Shown in pieces: positions 9,617 to 18,640 of a stretch of DNA of 64,000 nucleotides. Origin of the DNA: Thermoanaerobaculia bacterium (GTDB lineage Bacteria; Acidobacteriota; Thermoanaerobaculia; Gp7-AA8); the NCBI GenBank assembly GCA_034664845.1, contig JAXDGW010000027.1, forward strand, positions 65,687 through 129,686, written 5' to 3'. The notes under the pieces were generated by a model. It ran no database searches, was not told the origin of the DNA, and saw nothing but the letters and a program-made list of their open reading frames with translations. A program made the position numbers and the translations under genes. Positions within the stretch are counted from its first letter, which is position 1. Every line of letters begins with the position of its first letter.

Positions 9617-12331
9617 ATGTACCGCGTCCCTCGGGCCACATACCGCCTTCAATTCAACGCCGGCTTCACCTTTGCCGATGCGCAAGCGATTGCGCCGTAT
9701 CTTGCGGAGCTGGGCATCAGCGATGTTTACGCATCGCCGATCCTGCGTGCACGCAAGGGGAGCAATCACGGTTACGACGTCGTCGACGCAAATGCCCTCA
9801 ATCCCGAGCTCGGAACCGACGACGATTTCGATGCCCTGCACGAAGAGCTGGAGCGTCATCAGCTCGGCCTTCTGCTCGACGTCGTTCCCAACCATATGGC
9901 AGCGACGTCCGAGAACGCCTGGTGGATGAGCGTCCTCGAAAACGGCGAGCATTCGCGTTACCTCCACTACTTCGACATCGATCTGGCCCCGGTGACGTCG
10001 CACGGCCAGACATCGACGAAGGTTCTTCTCCCCATCCTCGGCAAGCCCTACGGCGAGGCACTCGAGGCACAAGAGATTCAGCTTCACTTCGATGCCGACG
10101 GATTCTTTTTCACCTACTACGACAAACGTTTACCGCTCTCGCCCGGGTCGTATGGACAGGTGCTGCGCGAGTGCATTGAGAGTCTGCCGGCCGAGGGTGT
10201 GTCGATCGAGTTGAGGGAGCTTGTGGAGAGCGGCGACGCCGCGGTGAATAGCAGGTTTCTCAAGGAAACGCTCTGGCGCATCTACGAACAGGATGAGGCA
10301 TTCCGACGCGCGCTTCAGGATGCAATTACGAGCATCAACGGGATCGCCGGCGACGCGGAAAGTTTCAATGCGCTGGATTCATTGTTAGACGCACAGTCGT
10401 ATCGCCTCGCCTATTGGCGCATCGCCAGCGAGAAGATCAACTATCGGCGCTTTTTCGATGTCACGGACCTGGTCGGCGTGCGCGTCGAGAACCCGGAGGT
10501 TTTTGAAGCGCGCAACCGGCGAACGCTGGAGCTGATCGCCGAAGGTAAAGTGACCGGTCTGCGCATCGATCACATCGACGGCCTTTACGACCCTATTGGA
10601 CATATGCGCAAGCTGCAATTGCGCCTGGCCGGCAATGAGGCCGCTGACAACGGCTTCTACATAGTCCTCGAGAAGATACTGGAGGATGGGGAGCAGTTGC
10701 GGCCCGAGTTTCCGGTCAGCGGCACCACGGGCTATGACTTCCTGGCGTCCGTCAATGCGCTCTTCGTCGATCCCGAGGGACTGCAGCAACTCGGCCGGTT
10801 CTATCGATCCGTTACCGGCCTCAATGAGAGCTTTGCCGATGTCTGCTACGAGCGCAAACGGCAAGTCATTCACGAGCTCTTCTCTGGCGAGATGCGCGCC
10901 CTAGGCAAACAATTGGGTGCATTGGCGCTGTCCGACCGCAATGCGCGCGATTTCGCGCCTGTCGACCTCACCGCCGCGCTGACCGAAGTAACGGCCTGCA
11001 TGCGTGTTTACCGCACATACATTCGCAATGGAGAGGTCGAGCCGGCAGACCGGCAGTCGATTCATGAATCCGTCGCCGAGGCGCGACGCAGAGCGAAAAC
11101 GACAATCGACGAGCGCGTTTTCACGTTCCTCGAACGCGTCTTTCTTGTCGATCCTCCCTCCTACGTCGCCGCGGAACGCGAGCACTGGTTGTCATTCGTC
11201 ATGCGCTGGCAGCAGTTCACAGGGCGTGTCATGGCCAAAGGAGTCGAGGACACCGCCTTCTACAATTACAACCGCCTCGTCTCACTCAATGAAGTCGGCG
11301 CCGATCCCGGCCGCAGTTTCGATGCCGACGGTCTCGCGGAGTTTCATGCGCGGAACGTTCGAATGCAGCGCGATTGGCCGCATACGATGAACGCCACTGC
11401 CACGCACGACACGAAGCGAGGCGAGGACGTGCGTGCGCGGATCAATGTCCTCTCGGAAATGGCTCCGCAATGGGAACATCAGGTACGACGCTGGTCGAAA
11501 ATGAATGCGGCGCGCAAGAAAAACGGCGCCCCTCATCCCAATGAAGAGCTGCTCCTCTATCAAACGCTGATCGGAATGTGGCCGCTCGACGATAGCGAAT
11601 TGCCATCCGTCCCCGATCGCCTCCAACAATATCTGGAAAAGGCTGCGCGCGAAGCGAAGAATCACACGAGCTGGATCGCTCCGGACAAACAATACGAAGA
11701 GAGTCTCCTCAGTTTCGCCGCGGCTGTTCTCAACGATCACGAGTTTCGCACCGATTTCCTCCGCTTCCAGAAGCGAATCGCCTTCTATGGATTTCTCAAT
11801 AGCCTGTCACAGGTCGTGCTCAAAGCCACCGCGCCCGGCGCGCCCGATTTCTATCAGGGAACAGAACTATGGGACTTCAGCCTGGTCGACCCCGATAATC
11901 GCCGCCCCGTCGATTACCAGCGCCGCCGCACGATGCTGGCAGGCCTAAAGACTGCCTCCCCCGACACCCTTCTCCATCACTGGCAGGACGGCCGGATCAA
12001 GATGTTCGTCACGTGGAAGCTGCTGGAGCTGCGCGCCCGCCACGCCGCTCTGTTCCGCGACGGCGCATACGAACCAATCGACGCTGGTCCGAACGTCGTC
12101 GCATTCATCCGGCGTCACGAGGACGAGGCGGTGCTGGTCGCGGTGCCGCGCTTTACGGCTAGTCTCATAAAACCAGGAACGTTTCCAATCGCCGACGTGT
12201 GGAGCGACAGCACACTGATCGCTGCCGGTAAATGGCGGAATGTGTTTACCGGTGAAGAGAACAAGGGAGCAGCGTTCGCTCTAAGCCGCCTATTCGCCAC
12301 GTTTCCTCCTGCCGTGATGGAGAAGGCGTAA
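9617..12331 (+). CDS. treY: Malto-oligosyltrehalose synthase (GH13)
   Basis: 904 aa. N-terminal TYRLQFNAGFTFADA...YLAELGISDVYASPI...SNHGYDVVD and VPNHMA motifs characteristic of TreY. Confidence 0.8.
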   Translation: MYRVPRATYRLQFNAGFTFADAQAIAPYLAELGISDVYASPILRARKGSNHGYDVVDANALNPELGTDDDFDALHEELERHQLGLLLDVVPNHMAATSENAWWMSVLENGEHSRYLHYFDIDLAPVTSHGQTSTKVLLPILGKPYGEALEAQEIQLHFDADGFFFTYYDKRLPLSPGSYGQVLRECIESLPAEGVSIELRELVESGDAAVNSRFLKETLWRIYEQDEAFRRALQDAITSINGIAGDAESFNALDSLLDAQSYRLAYWRIASEKINYRRFFDVTDLVGVRVENPEVFEARNRRTLELIAEGKVTGLRIDHIDGLYDPIGHMRKLQLRLAGNEAADNGFYIVLEKILEDGEQLRPEFPVSGTTGYDFLASVNALFVDPEGLQQLGRFYRSVTGLNESFADVCYERKRQVIHELFSGEMRALGKQLGALALSDRNARDFAPVDLTAALTEVTACMRVYRTYIRNGEVEPADRQSIHESVAEARRRAKTTIDERVFTFLERVFLVDPPSYVAAEREHWLSFVMRWQQFTGRVMAKGVEDTAFYNYNRLVSLNEVGADPGRSFDADGLAEFHARNVRMQRDWPHTMNATATHDTKRGEDVRARINVLSEMAPQWEHQVRRWSKMNAARKKNGAPHPNEELLLYQTLIGMWPLDDSELPSVPDRLQQYLEKAAREAKNHTSWIAPDKQYEESLLSFAAAVLNDHEFRTDFLRFQKRIAFYGFLNSLSQVVLKATAPGAPDFYQGTELWDFSLVDPDNRRPVDYQRRRTMLAGLKTASPDTLLHHWQDGRIKMFVTWKLLELRARHAALFRDGAYEPIDAGPNVVAFIRRHEDEAVLVAVPRFTASLIKPGTFPIADVWSDSTLIAAGKWRNVFTGEENKGAAFALSRLFATFPPAVMEKA

Positions 12332-12369
12332 AACTGTCGGCGTGGCTATCATCGCGATCCCGACCATTC

Positions 12370-12660
12370 GGAAGTCGAAAGAACCTAACCACAGAGACAC
12401 TGAGGATCCAGCGCGGGTCGTGCCGGCAACCCAACCGCTGTCATCCTGAGACTGCCGGACATTCGTACTCGTGCGTTCGCGCTTAATCCTGTGGCGGCGT
12501 AGGACGGCGAAGGACACCCCCGCCCATGTGCAGGAAGGGAGGGGGTCCTTCGACCGTCCTACGGCACTTCGTGTCCTTCGGCGGCTCAGGATGACAGGCT
12601 GGATAATCTTTGCGTCGCGCGCAGAAACCGAGGGTTAGTAGTACAGAGTGAAACCCTTTC
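12370..12660. repeat. MITE-like palindromic element, family 1, copy 1 (GCTGTCATCCTGAG ... CTCAGGATGACAG termini)
   Basis: Long imperfect hairpin (gggggtccttcgaccgtcctacggcacttcgtgtcc... arms). Conserved 3' tail gataatcttTgcgtcgcGcgcagaaaccgaGggttagtagtacagagt. Confidence 0.7.
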
Positions 12661-12763
12661 TGCGACCTGCGTTTCTGTCGTGATCAGTGTTTCGCTGTCC
12701 TACGAGCAAGGCCGCTCACCCTCCACGTTCCCAATCGCGACGGTGAAGGCGTAAACTTTACCC

Positions 12764-13321
12764 ATGGCGCCGGAGACATCGACGAAGATGACCTATGAGG
12801 ACTTGCTCCTCCTCCCTGAGGACGGTCTCCGCCACGAGATCATCGATGGGGAGCACTACGTGAACGCATCGCCCGTTACGCGGCATCAACGAGTTTCGTA
12901 CCGGCTCATTCTTGCGATCGGCATCTACCTCGAGGAGCATCCCGTTGGTGAGCTCTTCCATGCACCGCTCGACATCGTCTTTTCCCGCTACGACGTCGTC
13001 GAGCCGGATCTCATGTACATCAGCAACGAGCGCCGCCAGATCGTCACCACGAAGAACATCCAAGGCTCTCCCGATCTCTTGATCGAGATCCTCTCCGAAT
13101 CGAATCGCAAGTACGACGAGGTCACCAAGCGCGCGCTCTACGAACGAACCGGCGTCGGCGAGTACTGGATCGTGGATCCTGCTGCGAACACGGTTCGCGT
13201 CTTTCGAAGCAACAATGCCGGCCAATATGAGCGCGCGGCCGAACTCTCACGCAACGACATCCTGGCCTCTCCCCTCTTCCCGAGTCTCGAGATCCGGCTT
13301 TCACGGATCTTCGCCGCGTGA
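12764..13321 (+). CDS. Uma2-family (DUF820) putative restriction-endonuclease-like protein
   Basis: Typical Uma2 sequence (EDLLLLPEDGLRHEIIDGE, ELFHAPLDIVFS, PDLMYIS, PDLLIEILSESN, GVGEYWIVDP). Confidence 0.7.
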   Translation: MAPETSTKMTYEDLLLLPEDGLRHEIIDGEHYVNASPVTRHQRVSYRLILAIGIYLEEHPVGELFHAPLDIVFSRYDVVEPDLMYISNERRQIVTTKNIQGSPDLLIEILSESNRKYDEVTKRALYERTGVGEYWIVDPAANTVRVFRSNNAGQYERAAELSRNDILASPLFPSLEIRLSRIFAA

Positions 13322-13359
13322 GTGCTCCCAGAAACGCTCGCCAAATAGGTGACGACGCT

Positions 13360-14418
13360 CTACCGCGCCGGATCGAGTAACCGCGAAAAGAACGGAAACA
13401 CAATCGTGGCCATCCTCTCCACGACATGCTCGCGGTGATCGCCTTCGTAAACGTCGAGCGTGTGCGGAACACGTAGAACACTCAGCAGGTCGGAGAAGTG
13501 CATGACGCCGCCGGGCACGTCGGCGAACTGGTCGGAGGTGCCGTAGTCGAGGGCGAGGCCGCGGAGTTTCTTGAGATTGTCGCGGCAGGTGCGGGCGTTC
13601 TGTGCGGGGAACTGGTCGAGGAAGGCGGTGTAGGCGGGATCGAGCGGCATCGCCATTCCGTGGTCTATCTTCATTGGGATGCTCACGCCGAGGGGCGATT
13701 GGGGATCGGGAAGCATCGCCGCGGTGAGGCCGAATGCGGCCACTGGATAGAACTCGCCGCGTTTCAGGGCAGCATCGGCATCATCGAATGACTTGAATGA
13801 CATCGCGCCGATCCAGGCGGCCTGATTGCCCCAGCTGATGTCGCCGACGGCATCGAGGCAGCACGGGCTCAGCGCGTACGCGGCGCTGAAGACCTCGGGG
13901 CGCGTCATCGCGAAGTGGACGGCGCCGAAACCACCCATCGAATGGCCGACGACACCGCGGCCTTCACGGCTGGCGATCGTGCGGAACTCCCTGTCGACCA
14001 TTGCCACAATCTCGGTGGCAACGTAGTCTGACCAGCGTCCGGTTGTCGATGAGTTGAGGTAATAGCTGCCGAGGAAACGGTTTCGCGCGTTCGGCATGAC
14101 GACCATCATCTCGCCGATCTTTTTCTCGGCGACGAGCTTGTCGAGCAGCGCAGGGATCTTCCAGACCTCGGTCCAGACTTCGTACGAATCGCCGATTCCG
14201 TGCAACAGGTAGACGACCGGATAGCGCTTCGCGCCGGACGCGTACGACGGAGGGAGGTAGACGGCAAACTTCTGATCGGCCGGATCGCCCACGCGGTTCC
14301 CCGCCAGCGCCTCGGAGTGAATCGACATCAAGCGGACGACGCCGCGCGGTGCGATCTCAGCGCTTCGTGCGGGGACGGCGAGCAGCAGAAGCAGGACGGC
14401 GAGCGGGACGAGTTTCAT
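13360..14418 (-). CDS. Secreted esterase (alpha/beta hydrolase, esterase D / enterochelin-esterase-like)
   Basis: Signal peptide MKLVPLAVLLLLLAVPARSA. YPVVYLLHG and GHSMGG nucleophile elbow. 4-bp overlap with the upstream tetR gene. Confidence 0.7.
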   Translation of the reverse strand: MKLVPLAVLLLLLAVPARSAEIAPRGVVRLMSIHSEALAGNRVGDPADQKFAVYLPPSYASGAKRYPVVYLLHGIGDSYEVWTEVWKIPALLDKLVAEKKIGEMMVVMPNARNRFLGSYYLNSSTTGRWSDYVATEIVAMVDREFRTIASREGRGVVGHSMGGFGAVHFAMTRPEVFSAAYALSPCCLDAVGDISWGNQAAWIGAMSFKSFDDADAALKRGEFYPVAAFGLTAAMLPDPQSPLGVSIPMKIDHGMAMPLDPAYTAFLDQFPAQNARTCRDNLKKLRGLALDYGTSDQFADVPGGVMHFSDLLSVLRVPHTLDVYEGDHREHVVERMATIVFPFFSRLLDPAR

Positions 14419-14998
14419 CGATGACTCCTTTTCTTCGGCACAGCGACGCCTCGGTACAAGCGCCGGACGGAACTGCGGTAAATGCTGCGGAAGGCCTCGG
14501 CGTCGGCGCCGAAACGTCCGAGGGTGAACATCGAGATGAGGCCGTGCGCGTGCGACCAGATGGTGAGCGTGGTCTCCAGCGCGTTGTCGCGACGCAACTT
14601 GCCATCGCGCATCTCCTGCTCGACGGCGGTGCGCAACGCGTCGAACGACGGCGAGCGATGCGCGGCGAAATCTTCCGGGTAGCGGCGGACGTCCCGGCGC
14701 GCGCGCAGGAACATGATGTCGTACAGACCGGGCTCGTCGAGCGCGAAGTCGAGAAAGCGCTGCATGAAGTCGAGGACTCCCGGTGTGCTGCTCCGCGTGA
14801 GGTACTCGACCAGCAACGCGAATCCTTCTGCGACCACGGCGGCCATGACCGCCTCTTTGTCGCGGTAGTGCCGGTAGAGCGCGGTCGGTGTGACGCCGAG
14901 CTTGCCCGCGATGTTGCGCATGGAGACGCCGGCATCGCCGTGGCGGGCGTGCAGCCCTCGGGCAACCGTGACGATCTCTTCTTTCTTGCTGACCATGT
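14415..14998 (-). CDS. TetR-family transcriptional regulator
   Basis: HTH region VTVARGLHARHGDAGVSMRNIAGKLGVTPTALYRHY. The internal ATG (VSKKEE start) is chosen because the upstream extension runs over the GTTAAC repeats. Confidence 0.7.
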
Positions 14999-15006
14999 TT
15001 ACACCG

Positions 15007-15027
15007 TTAACGTTAACAGCGTTAACA
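15007..15027. promoter_or_regulatory. Candidate TetR operator: three GTTAAC palindromes (GTTAACGTTAACAGCGTTAAC) immediately upstream of tetR start
   Basis: Read directly in the 50-bp gap between the malQ stop and the tetR start. Confidence 0.4.
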
Positions 15028-15051
15028 TGCAAACGCAACAATGACGCAGCG

Positions 15052-16563
15052 TCAGATTCGCCCTGAAATCTCCGCGAGCGCTCGCAACTTGTCCGCCAGT
15101 TCCTCGGTGAGCGCGCCATCAGCCAGCCGCCATGACCAGTTGTCTTTCTCTTCGCCGGGAAGGTTCATGCGCGCTTCGTTGCCGAGGGAGAGGATGTCCT
15201 GGGCGGGGACGATGGCGGTGTCCGCGACAGAGGTGTAGGCGGTGCGGATCAGCGTCCACGGAAGCTCCTCGGCGGTGCAGGCGCCGAGGTATAGCGCGGC
15301 GGCGTGGCGTTCCTCGGCGGACGACTGGTCGTACCAGCCGCGGGCGGTGTCGTTGTCGTGCGTGCCGGTGTAGACGACGGTGTTTGCGTCGTAGTGATGC
15401 GGCAAGTGAGGGCTGTTCGGTTGTGCGAAGGCGAACTGCAGGATTTTCATCCCCGGCACGCCGATGGCCTTTCGTAGTTCATGTACCTCGGCGGTAATGT
15501 GCCCCAGGTCTTCGGCGACGACGGGAAGACCGCCGAGGGCTTCGCGGATGGCGTCGAATAACGGGCGGCCGGGGCCGGGCATCCACCGGCCGTTGATCGC
15601 GGTCGGCTCGTTGGCGGGAATCTCCCAATACGCTTCAAACCCGCGGAAATGATCGACGCGCAGCAGGTCGGCGAAACGCAGCGCGGCGCGAAAACGCGAC
15701 ACCCACCACGCGTAGCTCGTCTCGCGCAATAGATCCCAGCGATAGAGCGGGTTGCCCCAGCGCTGGCCGGTCTCGCTGAAGTAATCGGGAGGAACGCCCG
15801 CAACGACGTCGGGCTCGCCATTATCGCCGAGCTGAAAAATCTCGCGATTGGCCCAGACGTCGGCACTATCCGCGGCGACGTAAATCGGAATGTCGCCCAT
15901 AATGCGAATACCGCGCTCTTTGGCCGCCTCGCGTACTGCGGCCCACTGCTTGAAAAAGAGCCATTGGGTGTATTCGTTAAAACGAATCTCGTCCGCCAAT
16001 TCGTTTCGCGCGGCGGCCATCGCTTCAGAATCTCGAACGACTAGCGGCGCCGGCCATTTCGTCCACGGCGCTCCCCCATGACGCTGCTTCAATGACGCGT
16101 AAAGCGTCCACTCGGGCAGCCATTTGTTGTCGCTCACAAAGGAGGCGAGCGCGTGGCGCTGTTCGCTCGACGCGTGCGCAGTAAAGTGCGCAAATGATTT
16201 GCGGAGAAGCGCGTTCTTTGTTTCGGCGACGCCCTCGAAATCTACTTTTCCATTGTGAAACTGCGGAAGCTCCTCGATTGCGTCCGCCGGCAACAACCCA
16301 TCCTGCAGAAGCCGCAACGGCGAGATCAATAGAGGATTACCCGCATACGACGACAGGCATCCGTAAGGGGAGTCCCCGTATCCGGGAGCATTGAGCGGAA
16401 GCACCTGCCAGATACTCATGCCGGCTTTTTTCGACCAATCAAGAAAGGCGACTAGTTCATCGCCGAGGTCGCCGATGCCGTAAGGACCCGGCAATGACGT
16501 TGGATGCAGGAGGACGCCGGCGGTGCGGTTGTCCTTGGCGGGGACTGGGGATGTGTGGGTCAT
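15052..16563 (-). CDS. malQ: 4-alpha-glucanotransferase (amylomaltase, GH77)
   Basis: AGVLLHPTSLPGPYGIGDLG near the N-terminus and GDIPIYVAADSADVW are hallmarks of GH77 MalQ. Start taken at MTHTSPV. Confidence 0.8.
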   Translation of the reverse strand: MTHTSPVPAKDNRTAGVLLHPTSLPGPYGIGDLGDELVAFLDWSKKAGMSIWQVLPLNAPGYGDSPYGCLSSYAGNPLLISPLRLLQDGLLPADAIEELPQFHNGKVDFEGVAETKNALLRKSFAHFTAHASSEQRHALASFVSDNKWLPEWTLYASLKQRHGGAPWTKWPAPLVVRDSEAMAAARNELADEIRFNEYTQWLFFKQWAAVREAAKERGIRIMGDIPIYVAADSADVWANREIFQLGDNGEPDVVAGVPPDYFSETGQRWGNPLYRWDLLRETSYAWWVSRFRAALRFADLLRVDHFRGFEAYWEIPANEPTAINGRWMPGPGRPLFDAIREALGGLPVVAEDLGHITAEVHELRKAIGVPGMKILQFAFAQPNSPHLPHHYDANTVVYTGTHDNDTARGWYDQSSAEERHAAALYLGACTAEELPWTLIRTAYTSVADTAIVPAQDILSLGNEARMNLPGEEKDNWSWRLADGALTEELADKLRALAEISGRI

Positions 16564-16574
16564 TGGGTTATCAC

Positions 16575-16860
16575 TGAAAAACAATGAACCACAGAGAGCC
16601 AGAGAGCACAGAGCGGGGCGCCCGCAAGCCAACCGCTGTCATCCTGAGACTGCCGAAGGACACGAAGTGCCGGAGGACGTCGAAGGACCCCCCGCGCTTT
16701 TGCATTGTCCGCAGTTCCTTCCGCCCAACCCTGCGAAAGCGCGGGGGGTCCTTCGACCGTCCTTCGGCACTTCGTGTCCTGCGGCGGCTCAGGATGACAG
16801 GCTTGATAATCTTCGCGTCGCACGCAGAAACCGATGGTTAGTAGTACAGAGTTTCTCTGT
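16575..16860. repeat. MITE-like palindromic element, family 1, copy 2
   Basis: ccaaccgctgtcatcctgagactgccgaaggacacgaagtgccg...cggcacttcgtgtcctgcggcggctcaggatgacagg. Same 3' tail gataatcttcgcgtcgcacgcagaaaccgatggttagtagtacagagt. Confidence 0.75.
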
Positions 16861-17011
16861 GATCTCGGCGCTTCAGTGGTGAGCGGTTCTTACACCATCG
16901 CCACCAACAAGAACGTAGCCGCTGTGGAGAACACCAAGAGCGGGATCGCCCCCGATAAGAATACGAACTGGCCAGCGCTATGCACTCGATTCCAGTCCGG
17001 AGGATACGCAA

Positions 17012-17506
17012 ATGCCTGAGAAAGAAACGCTGCGGCGCGCTCGGAAAGACAAGGCCGAAGGGAAGGCTCCGTCGACGCAGGCGGGCGAATTCGTCCATGA
17101 AGAGATCGAGCACATCCGCGAAGGAAAGCACGGCGCGCGGTCCGCGAAGCAGGCCATCGCCATCGGGTTGTCGAAGGCTCGCCGTGCAGGGGTGAAGCTT
17201 CCCCCTCCGCCGAAAACCGCCAGCGAGAGGACGCGCAAGTCGGCGGCCCGCGAATCGCGCAGCGGCGCGAGTCATAAGAAGCCATCGGCTGCGCGATCGA
17301 GAGCGGCATCGACAGCGCTGAAACACGAGGGTCGCGCGGCAGGCTCGCATCTCGCGCTCGAAAGGCAGGCGCTCAGTTCCGCGCGCAAGCGTGGACCAGC
17401 AGCGCGGCATCGGGCTGCGGAGAAAGCGGTGCGGACCAAAGGAGCGGGAGGCCTTCATCGTGCCGCCGTCAAGGCAGCCGCGACGAGAAGCAGGCGCCAC
17501 CACTAA
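17012..17506 (+). CDS. Small basic protein of the MPEKETLRRARKDKAEGKAPSTQAGEFVHEEIEHIREGKHGARS family (conserved hypothetical)
   Basis: GGAGGA RBS 8 nt upstream. The N-terminal 60 aa match a widespread small-protein family; the long antisense ORF 16838..17761 is judged spurious. Confidence 0.6.
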   Translation: MPEKETLRRARKDKAEGKAPSTQAGEFVHEEIEHIREGKHGARSAKQAIAIGLSKARRAGVKLPPPPKTASERTRKSAARESRSGASHKKPSAARSRAASTALKHEGRAAGSHLALERQALSSARKRGPAARHRAAEKAVRTKGAGGLHRAAVKAAATRSRRHH

Positions 17507-17533
17507 CCCCGAATCGCGAAGAGGAGCTCGCCG

Positions 17534-17731
17534 ATGAGACGGCTTCAATTGAGCTTTCCGCAGATGTTGTTTGTCGTCGCCACTCGTGCGGCACTGGCCG
17601 GCGGCGTCGCTTTGTTGGTGTCCGACCGGTTGAAGAAGGAGTCCCGGCGAAAACTCGGCTGGGTTCTGGCGGGTATCGGCGTGGCCACCACGTTGCCGGC
17701 GGCGCTGATGGTGAAGCGCAGTCTTGCCTGA
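17534..17731 (+). CDS. Small putative membrane protein
   Basis: 65 aa with two hydrophobic segments; GAGGAG RBS upstream. Confidence 0.35.
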   Translation: MRRLQLSFPQMLFVVATRAALAGGVALLVSDRLKKESRRKLGWVLAGIGVATTLPAALMVKRSLA

Positions 17732-17757
17732 TGCGGCGTCACCGCGCAGGTCAGAGC

Positions 17758-18423
17758 TCATGCCGCTCCGATCGTCCGCGACGCCCGATTGAGCAGTCCG
17801 TGAACTTCTTCGTCGGTCGTCTGCGCGAAGTCTTCGTACCAGAGTCCTACCGCTTGAAACGGCGACGGCGTTCGCAGGCAGACGATCTCATCAACCTCGG
17901 CGCGCATCTCCGCGCACGTTTCCCTGGCTGCTACCGGAATCGCCACGATCACTTCGCGCACGCCCATGTTGCGCAGCGCCTGGATGGCGGCGCGCATCGT
18001 CGAGCCGGTGGCCAGTCCGTCATCGACGACAACGACGCTTCTGCCTGCGACCTCGAGCGGAGGCCGGCTGCCGCGGTAGCTTTTCTCGCGCCGCTCCATT
18101 TCCAGCTGTTCGGCGTTGGCCACGCGGTCGATGATGCGATCCGGAATCGACGCGTAGCGGATGACGTCGTCGTTCAGCACCCGCACACCGCCGCTTGCGA
18201 TCGCGCCCATGGCCAGTTCTTCCTGCCCCGGCACGCCGAGCTTGCGGACGATGAAAACGTCGAGCGGCGCTCCCAACGCTTGCGCGACCTCAAATGCGAC
18301 CGGCACGCCGCCGCGCGGGAGCGCGAGGACGAGAGCGTCCGGGCGGTTGCCGTATCGCCGGTTCAGTTCCGCGCCGAGTAAGCGGCCGGCTTCCGTGCGG
18401 TCTCGGAACGGCTGATCGAACAT
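17758..18423 (-). CDS. Phosphoribosyltransferase-family protein
   Basis: PRTase PRPP-binding motif VVVVDDGLATGSTM. Conserved N-terminal FRDRTEAGRLLG. Confidence 0.7.
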   Translation of the reverse strand: MFDQPFRDRTEAGRLLGAELNRRYGNRPDALVLALPRGGVPVAFEVAQALGAPLDVFIVRKLGVPGQEELAMGAIASGGVRVLNDDVIRYASIPDRIIDRVANAEQLEMERREKSYRGSRPPLEVAGRSVVVVDDGLATGSTMRAAIQALRNMGVREVIVAIPVAARETCAEMRAEVDEIVCLRTPSPFQAVGLWYEDFAQTTDEEVHGLLNRASRTIGAA

Positions 18424-18429
18424 CTCGAG

Positions 18430-18570
18430 CTACTTGCTACAAGAGGGATGGCCGCAGGCGCAATCGCCCGCGGCATTTCCGTTCTTGCAGGCGTCAGAAC
18501 AGTAGCCGTCGCTGCGAACGTCATCGCCGGAACAGTTGCATGATTGGTGATTGCATTTCGCGGTTTGCAT
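18430..18570 (-). CDS. Small Cys-rich metallothionein-like protein (46 aa, absent from the ORF track)
   Basis: My translation: MQTAKCNHQSCNCSGDDVRSDGYCSDACKNGNAAGDCACGHPSCSK (8 Cys, 2 His). GGAGA RBS upstream; sits 6 nt upstream of the PRTase gene on the same strand. Confidence 0.5.
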   Translation of the reverse strand: MQTAKCNHQSCNCSGDDVRSDGYCSDACKNGNAAGDCACGHPSCSK

Positions 18571-18640
18571 GGAAATCTCCTTCTGCAAGACGCGCGCATG
18601 ATGACGGCGGCGAGACGCCGCCTCCGCTAACAGTGCAGAA

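Noticed and set aside
14415-15119. Longer TetR start at 15119
   Set aside because: The extension translates the GTTAAC operator repeats (NAVNVNGVN) and has no RBS; the internal ATG is preferred.
16838-17761. 307-aa minus-strand ORF
   Set aside because: Antisense to the small basic-protein gene, which has a GGAGGA RBS and a conserved N-terminus; Arg-rich translation.
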